The translations under genes and the position numbers were made by a program. Below the pieces are notes generated by a model that did no database searches, was not told where the DNA came from, and saw only the letters and a list, made by a program, of their open reading frames with translations. A DNA stretch of 64,000 nt from Chiloscyllium plagiosum (taxonomy: Eukaryota), in NCBI RefSeq assembly GCF_004010195.1, contig NC_057739.1, positions 5,879,227 through 5,943,226 on the forward strand. The letters are read 5' to 3'. Numbering within the stretch: the first letter of the stretch is position 1; every line of letters starts with the position of its first letter. This document shows, piece by piece, positions 37,991 through 49,109 of this stretch.

Positions 37991-38011
37991 TAGTAACCTT
38001 TTTACTTTTAA

Positions 38012-38140
<129 letters not shown>

Positions 38141-39144
38141 TGAAGGGGCATCATTTTTACAGCTGTAAATTTTGTTTAAACCCTATCAGAACAGTGTGTT
38201 CTCAAGAACTAGAGCTATGTATAGCAAAGTAACGTGACTATTGCAAGGTTCAGTTAATGTATCTGAGGTGTTCCAGATACAGCTTTGTTTAGGTCTTGCC
38301 TATTAAGCCGGCCTCCTTGCTTGTGCGTCCTAGGTCAGTTGCCTTTTCCTGCTAAGACATCTGTGTTGCAATATAATATAGCTGGCTTTGGTTATCAATG
38401 TATTTGTGAAATCCTAGGCAATCTAGTCATTATATATTGCAAGAAATGCAACATGTCTTGCATGATGTTTCCCGGGGGTGGTTTATGTTGGGTGTTCCTG
38501 AAGAGACTACAAATCTAATGTAGTATTTGGTTTAGGTTAAAAGACAGGAATCAGTGTGCAGTTTTAAGATGATGCAAACTCTTGAAAGTAACTGGTGATT
38601 TATTTTGAATTTTACATGTGAATACATCAGTCAATCATAAATTGTTATAGTCGATTGGAGCTATTAACCCATAATGTTCTAATATGTATAGAGCAGGTTT
38701 TGGGCTTTGTCATGCAAGTAACCTGGGAAAATGAATTGAGAGCTTGATTTTATTATTCTGATTGAACTCTTGGGTGTTGAGTAAGCCAGACATTGTATGT
38801 GGCTTGAGGTAGTGGAAGCGGTGTAGTACCTGATTATATTTGTTGCAGCTGTCAAGCTGGAAGTTGTGCTTACCAAGCATTTGTTTAGCTTTAACTGTTG
38901 CTTGCACTGGTCAGAATAGTTTTGTTGTGGGTGGAATATATTTAAATCTCCATTTGGATATGGGGCCAATGATCATTCTGAACTACTCTGCAATGTCCAT
39001 TGGACATGGGGGATGTAGCTGAGTAAATAGAGCAAGTGACAGTAGAGTGAAGTGTTGAAGCTAAGAATGTAAAAAGTCTTCCAGTCCTGTTCCAAACTAT
39101 GTTATCATCCAGCACTGACAGCTGTTGTTCTCACTCCTTTTTAG

Positions 39145-39246
<102 letters not shown>

Positions 39247-39356
39247 TGAGAGGGTATGGTGCTTCAGTTTGACCCTTCTGTGCAATGTTGCTTATGATAA
39301 AAAGTTAATTATGCAAGAAGAATGCTTTCTACTTGTCCCTTAAATTCTGTATGCTA

Positions 39357-39510
39357 GAAAACTGCACATCACAGCCTGCCAGGCTCCCATGGGAATTGCT
39401 GGCATTTGATGTAGGTTTGCTTGCTGAGCTGGAAGGTTCATTTCCAGACACATTGGTACCCTCCTAGGTAACATCCTCAGTGGGCCTTGGGCGAAGCATT
39501 TGACTGACTT
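39357..39510 (+). ncRNA. Candidate diverged or degenerate H/ACA snoRNA (SNORA65-like) in RPL12 intron 4
   Basis: Hairpin ACATCA..TGCCAG..CTGGCA..TGATGT (39366-39412). RPL12 hosts SNORA65 in other vertebrates. Canonical H and ACA boxes are not evident. Confidence 0.25.
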
Positions 39511-39687
39511 TTGACTTGTTTCTCTCTCCCTCACTGAACTGCAGAAGTTGTAAATCCCTGCAGTTGAAATCTGAAACTAAATTCGGTCTGCTGTTCTTTG
39601 AGCACTGAATTTTCCTGGCATTGGTTCACTTGGTCTGCTCTTAGGCAGAGGATTCTGTATTGACTAGAGCTGATTTTTGTCTTCCAG

Positions 39688-39774
39688 TCAAACACAGTGG
39701 CAGCATCACCTTCGATGAAGTGGTTGCTATTGCCCGGCAAATGAGGCACCGTTCTCTGGCCAGGGAACTTGCAG
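39688..39774 (+). CDS. RPL12: RPL12 exon 5: (I)[28 protein letters not shown]
   Basis: AG/GTGGGT boundaries, 87 nt. Confidence 0.98.
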
Positions 39775-40309
39775 GTGGGTGCGGACTGTAATGGGTAGTC
39801 TTGTGTATTTTATGTACTTTGGTGTCAAACTTGATTACATCTTTCGGCTAAAGGGTTGACATTTAATGATGTGTTTAAAGGGCTTCCAACTCAACCACCC
39901 AGGATTAACATGGCAGCTGGTGCTTTTGGGCACTTGCTCCTTATTCCACTCCAACCAGTGTTGGTCAGTTTGAGATTTCAGTGTAGAGTGGTGGGGGAAA
40001 TGGGAAGGCTACACTGTTGAAAAATGTGACTGGCACGCATCCTTTGGTGGATGAGCATTGCACTGAATCAGACCTTAAGCCAGTTGGTAAGGCCTTGGTG
40101 CCTCACTTTTTTTATTTACAATAGGATCTGGAAGAAATGTGTGCACATCCATTTTATGAATTCAGGTTTTAATGTGACAGATCTTTCACATTTGATCTGA
40201 AAAACGGTCAAACCTTCAGGGAACAAGTCATGGGTTTAACTTTTTTTGCACATGTAAATACAGCATTTGATAAATTAATGAAAAGACTAAATCTTGCTTG
40301 GAAATGCAG

Positions 40310-40422
40310 GAACTGTGAAGGAGATTCTGGGAACTGCTCAGTCCATTGGTTGCAACATTGATGGCAAACACCCTCACAGTGTGATTGAGGATATCAACCA
40401 GGGCAAGATTGAGGTTCCCTCA
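40310..40422 (+). CDS. RPL12: RPL12 exon 6: (G)[37 protein letters not shown]
   Basis: AG/GTAAGT boundaries, 113 nt. Confidence 0.98.
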
Positions 40423-40508
40423 GTAAGTTTGTTTTTAGATTGCATTGGACTAATTTGATTTCTAACTTGTTTGACCAAATCACTTACTTTCTCTCTTCCT
40501 TCCAACAG

Positions 40509-40514
40509 GAATAA
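40509..40514 (+). CDS. RPL12: RPL12 exon 7: E-stop
   Basis: Polypyrimidine tract then caacag|GAATAA. Total CDS is 498 nt, i.e. 165 aa plus stop. Confidence 0.93.
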   Translation, partial: E

Positions 40515-40535
40515 AATGGAGGTGCCGAGTTTCCA

Positions 40536-40541
40536 AATAAA
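40536..40541 (+). terminator. RPL12: RPL12 polyadenylation signal AATAAA
   Basis: 21 nt after the stop codon, followed by GT/T-rich downstream sequence. Confidence 0.85.
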
Positions 40542-41583
40542 GCATTTTTAAAAAAAATTTGGTGTTTGAATCTTTATAATTTCAAACTTTAGCTGAAATT
40601 CTCAAATCAATTGATCATTGGAGGTCCAGGTTTCCAAAAGAATCTGATTATGCTGTTTGTACTCACTCCATCCAGTTTAGGATATTTGATGGCTTTAACC
40701 ACAATCTTCTCATGCAAGTGTGATTTGGTGGTCTGTCTTCCTCATGTACAATAATTTTGTGCTTGTGTGAAGTGTTGGCAATTGGAGTTCAGCATGCAGT
40801 AAAGCCAGGAACAGAATTTTGCTGTACAGCTTGTTAGGTCTACATTGGCTATTTTGTTCAATGCAATCTAGTAGATTTTGGTAGTGGAAATCAAACTGTT
40901 CTAGCTGCTGCTATGGCCCCAGTACATAGCTACAATCTGACACCATCTGTAGAGAGAGCTAGTAAAGTTGCACCTCTATTAATACTTTCAATGGCTTTCA
41001 TTCTTTTGCTAGTCAGTCCTTTCATCTTGCTCCTCCATCCTTTAGTGTCATTCTTTACAGCACTTGAAAGCCCTGCAGTCAGGAATCTGATGTGCTGGTT
41101 GGAGTCTACATAAACATCTATCCTCTAACTTTTGATTCCCTTGCCAGACTAGTACTTTAGTCTCTGCCTTCCTACCTTCATCTGGCTTTAAAAAACGACC
41201 TGACTAGCTACCACCTCTTAAGATATATATATCTACTACCCAGTTTAGACAAATCACTTTTGATCTGACCACTACTCTCCTCAGCTATTGTAATACCTTT
41301 TTATCTTCACTGTCACTGGCTCATTCCAGTTTGCTGGTATGGCATCTCAACACATTAATAATGCAAGAGTGAAATCTTTTGAATAAATTATTCAGTTTCA
41401 ATTTTACAAAAACAAGGGTTAACAAAGTAGAAAAGCTTTGTTTTGCAAACTATACAAAAACAAACAGCAGTGTACAGTTCCAGCTCTGCCTTCCTGTACT
41501 CCCAATGTAACAATGCCCTGGAATGGCCATGGAAATGGATCTTTGTAATAGTGGCCAATCTTCAAACACCACATTTACAGATA

Positions 41584-41768
41584 TTAGTTTTCTACATCAT
41601 CTTCCTCGTTTTCAATCTCCTTTTGATCATCATCTACCATTTTCACCTCTTCGCTGTCTTCCTCATTCTCATCTTCCTTGCTCTTGTCTTGTTCATCATT
41701 CTCTGGCTTTTTATCTTTTTTCTTCTGTTCTGAAGCTTCCTTTTTACCTTTCTGCTCTCGCTTGTAAA
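41584..41768 (-). CDS. POLE3: POLE3 last coding exon (acidic tail): (V)YKREQKGKKEASEQKKKDKK..EEDDVEN*
   Basis: ttttccccag acceptor, 185 nt ending in TAA. Human counterpart YRREQKGKKEASEQKKKDK..EEEVDN. Confidence 0.96.
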
Positions 41769-42524
41769 CTGGGGAAAAGAGGCAAAATCAGTAAAAGATG
41801 AAATCTTAAATTTTGGAAACTGTTTAAAGTCCCTAGATGGAAAATAGATCAATTTGACATCTGAATGCTGAAAAATCAACTTACAAAGGCAGAAAACAAC
41901 TTGGAGTGATTGAAGCACTGGATATCAAAAGCAAATTTTAGAAATTATGAAAGACAAAAATGGAAACAATATACATCATATTCCTATGATAAACAAGAAA
42001 CCACTTATTTACCCCACACTAAGTCTGGTGTCATTAATTGTAGGTACACAAGAAATTAAATCTGAGCTGCCTTTCACATTTCAACATCTCCAATAAATCT
42101 ATGGCACCACAAAAATGAGTTATCATATTGGCAAAGAGAAGTATGCTTTTAGCTGACATACAGACTGGATGTTGTTTCTGATTTATCTGAAGTACTTGTC
42201 TAAGGATATGGCTTTTAACTCAAGAGATTATTGTTCCACTGATGCATAAAACTGGTAGGGAGCACTAAATTAGGGGACATTAATACAAGATAATCAAGTA
42301 TGAATCCGAGTACAGAATTCCAGGAAAACATAAAAAGTTAGAATGTGAACACGTTAATTGCCATTTGCTGAAGAGCACCTCCGACATATCACATTTGGCA
42401 ATTGTAAGTATTTATTTATTTTACACCCAAAAGATCTATTTGACAATGCCCACTAATTGTTGACTCCCAATCAATAGAAGCTGTTTCTCTCTGTTAACCC
42501 TATCTGCTTAAGAATGTTCAATCA

Positions 42525-44740
42525 AATAGAGTTACAGGTGTGCAGCACAGAAACAGACCATTCGGTCAAATTCTTCCATGCTGACCAGATCTCCCAACCT
42601 AATCAGTTCCACTTGCCAGTACCTGGCCTGTATCCCTCCAAACGCTTCCTATTCATATACGCATCCAGATGCCTCCACCGCTTCCTCTGGCAATGTCCTA
42701 TACAGCTGCAGCATGCGGTCCCAAATCCTGTACTCAATGCTCTGACCAATAAAGGCAAGCATACCAAACACCACCTTCACTATCTTTTCTACCTGTGACT
42801 CCACTTTCAAGGAGCTATGAACCGTACTCCAAGGTCTCTTTGTTCAGCAACACTCGCTAGGACCTTAACATTAAGTGTATAAGTCCTGCTAAGATTTGCT
42901 TTCCCAAAATGCAGCACCTCGCATTTATCCCAATTCCATCTGCCATGCCACAGCCCATTCACCCATCTGATCAAGTTCCTGTCATAATTTGAAGTAACCT
43001 TCGCTGTCCACTATTCCAATTTTGATGCCATCTGCAAAATTACTAACTATACCTCTTATATGATTTGGACGTGAGCATAAGTGACAAAAAGTAGTGGACC
43101 CAACACTGAACCTTATGGCATACCACTGGTCACAGGCCTCCAGTCTGAAAAACAACCCTCCACCACCACCCTCTGTCTTCTACCTTTGAGCCAGTTCTGT
43201 ATTCAAATGGCTAGTTCTCCCTGTATTCCATGAGATCTAACCTTGCTTATCAGTCTTCCACGGGGAACCTGATGAACAGCTTACTGAAGTCCATGTAGAT
43301 CATGTCTACTGCTCTGCCCTCAATCCTCTTTGTTATTTCTTCAAAAAACTCAATTAAGTGGCTAATGTACCACTTTTTAAGAAAGGTGGGAGAGAGAAAG
43401 CAGGAAATTATAGACCAGTTAGTCTGACTTAAGTGGTGGGAAAGATGCTGGAGTATATTCTAAAGGATGAAATTACAACACATCTAGATAGTAGTAACAG
43501 GATAGGTCAGAGTCAGCATAGATTTATGAAGGGGAAATCATGCTTGACTAATCTGGAATTTTTTGAGGATGTAACTCTGAAGATGGACGAGGGAGATCCA
43601 GTAGATGTAGTTTACCTGGACGTTCAGAAAGCTTTTGATAAAGTCCCACATAGGAGGTTAGTTAGCAAAATTAGGGCGCATGGTATTGGGGACAAAGTAC
43701 TAACTTGGATTGAAAGTTGGTTGGCTGACAGGAAACAAAGAGTAGTGATAAATGGCTCCATTTCGGAATGGCAGGCATTGGCCAGTAGGGTACCGCAGGG
43801 ATCAGTGTTGGGACCGCAGCTTTTTACAATATATATTAATGATAAAGAAGATGGTATTAGTAATAACATTAGCAAATTTGCTGATGATACTAAGCTGGGT
43901 GGCAGGGTGAAATGTGAGGAGGATGTTAGGAGATTACAGGGTGACCTGGACAAGTTAGGTGAGTGGTCAGATGCATGGCAGATGCAGTTTAATGTGGATA
44001 AATGTATGCTTATCCACTTTGGTGGCAAGAACAGAAAGGNNNNNNNNNNNNNNNNNNNNNNNNNNNNNNNNNNNNNNNNNNNNNNNNNNNNNNNNNNNNN
44101 NNNNNNNNNNNNNNNNNNNNNNNNNNNNNNNNNNNNNNNNNNNNNNNNNNNNNNNNNNNNNNNNNNNNNNNNNNNNNNNNNNNNNNNNNNNNNNNNNNNN
44201 NNNNNNNNNNNNNNNNNNNNNNNNNNNNNNNNNNATAAGATTATTAAAGGATTGGACATTCTGGAGGCAGGAAACATGTTTCCGCTGATGGGTGAGTACC
44301 GAACCTGAGGACACAGCTTAAAAATACGGGGTAGGCCATTTAGGACAGAGATGAGGAGAAACTTGTTCACCCAGAGAGTGGTGGCTGTGTGGAATGCTCT
44401 GCCCCAGAGGGCAGTGGAGGCCCAGTCTCTGGATTCATTTAAGAAAGAGTTGGATAGAGCTCTCAAGGATAGTGGAATCAAGGGTTATGGAGAGAAGGCA
44501 GGAACAGGATACTGATTAAGGATGATCAGCCATGATCATATTGAATGTTAGTGCAGGCTCGAAGGGCAGAATGGCCTACTCCTGCACCTATTGTCTAAGT
44601 TAGTCAGACATGATTTCTCACACACAAAGCCATGTTGATGATCTCTAATCAGTCCTTGCCTTTCCAAATACATGTACATCCTGTCCCTCAGGATTCCTTC
44701 CAACAACTTGCCCACCACCGACATCAGGCTCAGCAGTCTC
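42525..44740 (-). mobile_element. Minus-strand CR1 (42525-43358 and 44600-44740) interrupted by a younger plus-strand CR1
   Basis: Reverse RT and tail sequence on both sides. TAAGT at both junctions. Confidence 0.8.
43360..44597 (+). mobile_element. Young CR1 LINE RT region, spanning the gap at 44040-44234
   Basis: ORF 43433-44308: DVVYLDVQKAFDKVPHRRL, VPQGSVLGPQLF, KFADDTKL. 3' tail gggcagaatggcctactcctgcacctattgtct. Confidence 0.93.
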
Positions 44741-44939
44741 TTTCTTAACTTTCTAAATCCCAGGAAGTACAAGCCTACTTTGTGCTATCTTTGCATTTAA
44801 CTCTTGAGCATCCAATTATAGTTCTAATAAACCTAAGCTGCACTGTATCAGTGACGGTGATACCCTGAAGATATGCACAGTGTGGTCTCACCAGAGCTTT
44901 GTGCGTTGATTGTCACTTTTTGTATACTAGCCTTTGTAC

Positions 44940-46545
44940 ATGGAACCATTCAAGGAGAACGGAAATAGGAATGTTGTTGTGGAAAAGAATAGTTTAATTA
45001 ACAGGTACTGGTTTCTGCAGCTGTAAGTGGGAGTCTCAAAGGGTGTGTTGCCTGTCCAGTAGCAGCGTCAAAAACATTGCCTTGATGGAAGAAGTAAGAG
45101 AGGGATCTAGTTGTTGTCACCAACATTGGCAGGACCAGATAGGAGGTTTTGCAGAAAGACTCAACAGTTAGGAGCTAAATTAAAAAGCTGAACCTCCAAG
45201 ATAATCACTTTTAGATTACTACCTTGAGCCACAGACAAACTTGCATTGGGAAAATAAAGAAGTTGACTGTGACTTAAAAGATTGGTGTGGGCAGAATGGC
45301 TTTCAGTTCATTGGTAACTGGCATCAATATGAGATAGAAGGGAACTGTTCCCCAGGGATGGACTTCACTTTAACCATATTGGGATCATGTTATTCGATAT
45401 TCTGGCACATCGAATAACATGGGCTATAAAGTAGGCTTCAAATTAATGGGGTGGTGGAAGAGGTAACATTGTAGGCGAGAGGATATGGCAGTATTATAGG
45501 TTTGCAACAACACCTAGAATGGGACAGAGAATACAAACGTAGAAAATCAGCAGTTAAATAAGGTTAAAGGGTAGAATGGCAGCATTTAATGAGTCATTAC
45601 TTGAACGCACATAGCATTCAGAACAAAGTAGATGAATTTGCACAAATACTGATTAACAGGCATAATCCTATTGCTAATGCAGAGTCATGATTACAAAAAT
45701 TGCAAAGTTGGGAACTTAATATATGATTTTTTTGAGCTAACAGGCAAGAAGAAAAGGGAGATGAGGGTGCCACTGGCATTAGTGATACAGGATGGAATAA
45801 ATGCATTAGCAAGAGACAATCCTGAACCCAGAAATGTTGAATCAAGGTGCATGCAGAGAAAAGAAAAATGGGAAAGCCAACACTAACAGTAGCTATGCAG
45901 TGGGAGAGAATAAATCAGAAAATAATGAGGGCTTGTAACAAAGGCAATTATAATGGGTGACTTTAATTTTCACGTAGATTGGGATAGTCAGATTGGCAGA
46001 GGAACCAATAAGGAAGAATTCAGAATTTATTTGGGAGTTTCCTGAAACAATGTGAGGTGGATCCAACCAGAGATCAGGCTATTTTGGATTTGTGTAATAA
46101 GGCAAAGCTTAATAAATTATAGAGTAAAAAGTTCCCGTAGGAAACAGTGGCCATAATATAGTAGAATTTAACATTCAGTTTGTGGGGGGTACCCTGGGGT
46201 CAGAAACAACTGTGCTAAAGCTTAAATATAAGCAATTACAAGAGAATGAAGAAAGTTGTCCGGTGTGAATTGAGAGAGGAATTTAGCAAACAAATTCCAT
46301 TAAAGAAACTTGGTTAAGAGAAGGGCAGGACTGGCAGCTCAATGTTCCAGACGTGATAGAGATGACATAAATGAGGTGGGGGAAGTTGCACCTGATTAAG
46401 TAGAATATCACAGCTGCACTAAGAGAGGACATCTTGGATGGCTCATCCAGTGAGGCCATATGGGTAGAACTCAGGAATAAGAAAGGTTCAGTCTCTATGA
46501 CAGGGTTCCTCAATATTGATTGGATCCCCTTACTGCCTGTGGATT
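44940..46545 (+). mobile_element. Old CR1 ORF1/endonuclease remnants
   Basis: Degenerate esterase (gatggacttcactttaac) and APE-type segments (atgggtgactttaattt, ccaaccagagatcaggctattttggatt). Confidence 0.6.
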
Positions 46546-46547
46546 TT

Positions 46548-46699
46548 ATTAGATTAGATAACTTACAGTGTGGAAACAGGCCCTTCAGCCCAACAAGTCC
46601 ACACTGACCCACCGAAGCGCAACCCACCCATACCCCTACATTTACCCCTTCACCTAACACTACGGGCAATTTAGCATGGCCAATTCACCTGACCTGCAC
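46548..46699 (-). mobile_element. HE1/V-SINE 3' part running into the gap at 46700-47144
   Basis: Near-identical to the tail at 503-660. Confidence 0.85.
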
Positions 46700-47144
46700 N
46701 NNNNNNNNNNNNNNNNNNNNNNNNNNNNNNNNNNNNNNNNNNNNNNNNNNNNNNNNNNNNNNNNNNNNNNNNNNNNNNNNNNNNNNNNNNNNNNNNNNNN
46801 NNNNNNNNNNNNNNNNNNNNNNNNNNNNNNNNNNNNNNNNNNNNNNNNNNNNNNNNNNNNNNNNNNNNNNNNNNNNNNNNNNNNNNNNNNNNNNNNNNNN
46901 NNNNNNNNNNNNNNNNNNNNNNNNNNNNNNNNNNNNNNNNNNNNNNNNNNNNNNNNNNNNNNNNNNNNNNNNNNNNNNNNNNNNNNNNNNNNNNNNNNNN
47001 NNNNNNNNNNNNNNNNNNNNNNNNNNNNNNNNNNNNNNNNNNNNNNNNNNNNNNNNNNNNNNNNNNNNNNNNNNNNNNNNNNNNNNNNNNNNNNNNNNNN
47101 NNNNNNNNNNNNNNNNNNNNNNNNNNNNNNNNNNNNNNNNNNNN

Positions 47145-47850
47145 GCCACTACCTGGTTAGGTCCACGCCCCCTAACAACCCACCCTCCCCTGCCACCGCA
47201 GGAATTGCAAAACCTGCGCCCACATCTCCCCCCTCACCTCCGTCCAAGGCCCCAAAGGAGCCTTCCACATCCAAAGTTTCACCTGCACTACCACATTTAT
47301 TTTATCAGTTGCTCCCGATGCGGTCTTCTCTTCTCGCAGTGCTTCAGAGAATATCTCCAGGACATCCGCACCAATCAACCCCATCGCCCTGTGGCCAAAC
47401 ATTTCAACACCCCCTCCCACTCTGCCGAGGACATACAGGTCCTGGGCCTCCTCCATCACCACGCGACACCTGGAGGAAGAATGCCTCATCTTCCACCTTG
47501 GGACCCTTCAACCCCAGGGCATCATTGTGGACTCCACCAAGTTCTCTCATTTCTCCTCCCCCCACCTTACCTCAGTTCCAACCTTCTAGCTCAGCACCAT
47601 CCTCATTACCTGTCCCAACTGTCAATCTTCATTTCCACCTATCCGCTTTACTCTCCTTTCTGACATGACCATTACCTCCACCTCCATCCACCTATTGCTA
47701 ACTTCTCCCCAGACCGACCCCCTCCCATTTATCTCTCCACCCCTGAGGCTCCCAGCCTCATTTCTGATGAAGGGCTTTTGCCCGAAACGTCGATTTGCTG
47801 CTCCTCAGATCTGCCTGACCCGCTGTGCTTTTCCAGCACCACTCTAATCT
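47145..47850 (+). mobile_element. Penelope-like element: GIY-YIG endonuclease remnant plus pseudo-LTR with hammerhead
   Basis: Frameshifted PCHRRNCKTC, IYFISCSRCGLL and FREYLQDIRTNQPHRPVAKHFNTPSHS. CTGATGA-A-GGGC-TTTT-GCCC-GAAACGTC at 47764-47791. Confidence 0.88.
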
Positions 47851-47904
47851 TTACTCTGTGAAGAGAAAGCAGAGTTAGCATTTCAGGTCCAGTTATCTTT
47901 GCTT

Positions 47905-48682
47905 TCTCTCGACAGGTCTTTACAAATCCACATTGTATTTTGGAAATGCAAATCAGAGCAGGACTTCTACAGTTAAATGTTGGGGTCTCGTTACTGAACA
48001 AAGAGACCTTGGAATGCATAGTAGAGTCACAGGCAGATAAGATAGTCAAGAAAACGTTTGATATGCTTTATTGATCAGACCACTGAATATAGGAATTGGG
48101 AGGTCATGTTGTGGCTGTACAGGGGATTTGTTAGGTCACTTTTGGAATATAGTGCACAGTTCTGGTCTCCTTTCTGTCAGAAAGATGCTGTGAAACCTGA
48201 AAGGTTTCAACAAAGATTTACAAGGATGTTGCCTGGGTTGGAGGATTTGAGCTAGAGGGAAGAGGCCGAATAGGCTGGGGCTGTTTTCCCTGGAGCATCA
48301 AAGGCTGAGGGGTGACCTCATAAAGGCTTATAAAATCATGAGGAGCATGGATAGGATAAATAGACAAAGTCTTTTCCCTGGAGTGTGGGAGTCCAGAACT
48401 AGAGGATATAAGTTTAGGGTGAGAGAGGAAAGATATAAAAGAGACGTAAAGGGCAACTTTGTCACGCAGACGGTGGTGTGTATATGGAATGAGCTGCCAG
48501 AGGAAGTTGTGGAGGCTGGTACAACTGCAACATTTAAAAGGTATCTGGATGGGTAAATGAAAATGAAGGGTTTAGAGGGATATGGGCCAAGTGCTGCCAA
48601 ATGGGACTAGATCCGCTGGGATTTCTGTCGGCATGGACTAGTTGTCGGAGGGTCTGTTTCTGTGCTGTACACCTCAATGACT
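47905..48682 (+). mobile_element. CR1/HER1 3' portion
   Basis: ORFs 48058-48255 and 48338-48556 (LEYSAQFWSP, WNELPEEVVEAG). Confidence 0.85.
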
Positions 48683-48990
48683 ATTTAAAATACTTAACCC
48701 CACCAGGATTTATGGGGAATTGAAAGGATGAATTTGACCACTACCCCCTGTATTTGAAACCATACTTCGGCTATACAGTACCTTTTTACTTGTCCTGTTT
48801 ACTACTTTTCATTTCACGTTAAAATATTTGTCTTAAACCCTTAAAAAAATGTCAGTTTTGGCATTAATAAACTAAACAATACTTTTGAATTACTATTGAC
48901 ACCTGGTCCCTAGTTAGGTGTGTAATATGGTGACATCCCCAAATGTATGTTAATTAAATGTCAATGCAACTAGTACCAGAGATTCCTCAC

Positions 48991-49109
48991 CTTCCAATGC
49001 ATCTTTCAGTGGGGTTATAAAGCGATCAAACTCCATCTCTTCCATTGCTGCAAGCACATCAGAGGCACTCAGTGTTTTCCTCTTGCTCTTCATTGCAAAG
49101 TTATTTGCG
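48991..49109 (-). CDS. POLE3: POLE3 coding exon 3: (C)[39 protein letters not shown]
   Basis: ttcctag/gtgagg boundaries, 119 nt. Histone-fold helices. Confidence 0.97.

Noticed and set aside
41443-41918. Hydrophobic 96-aa plus-strand ORF and neighbours
   Set aside because: Antisense or off-frame shadows of the purine-rich POLE3 last exon.
43624-44481. Minus-strand 285-aa ORF and other antisense CR1 ORFs
   Set aside because: Antisense frames of CR1 reverse transcriptase, not independent genes.
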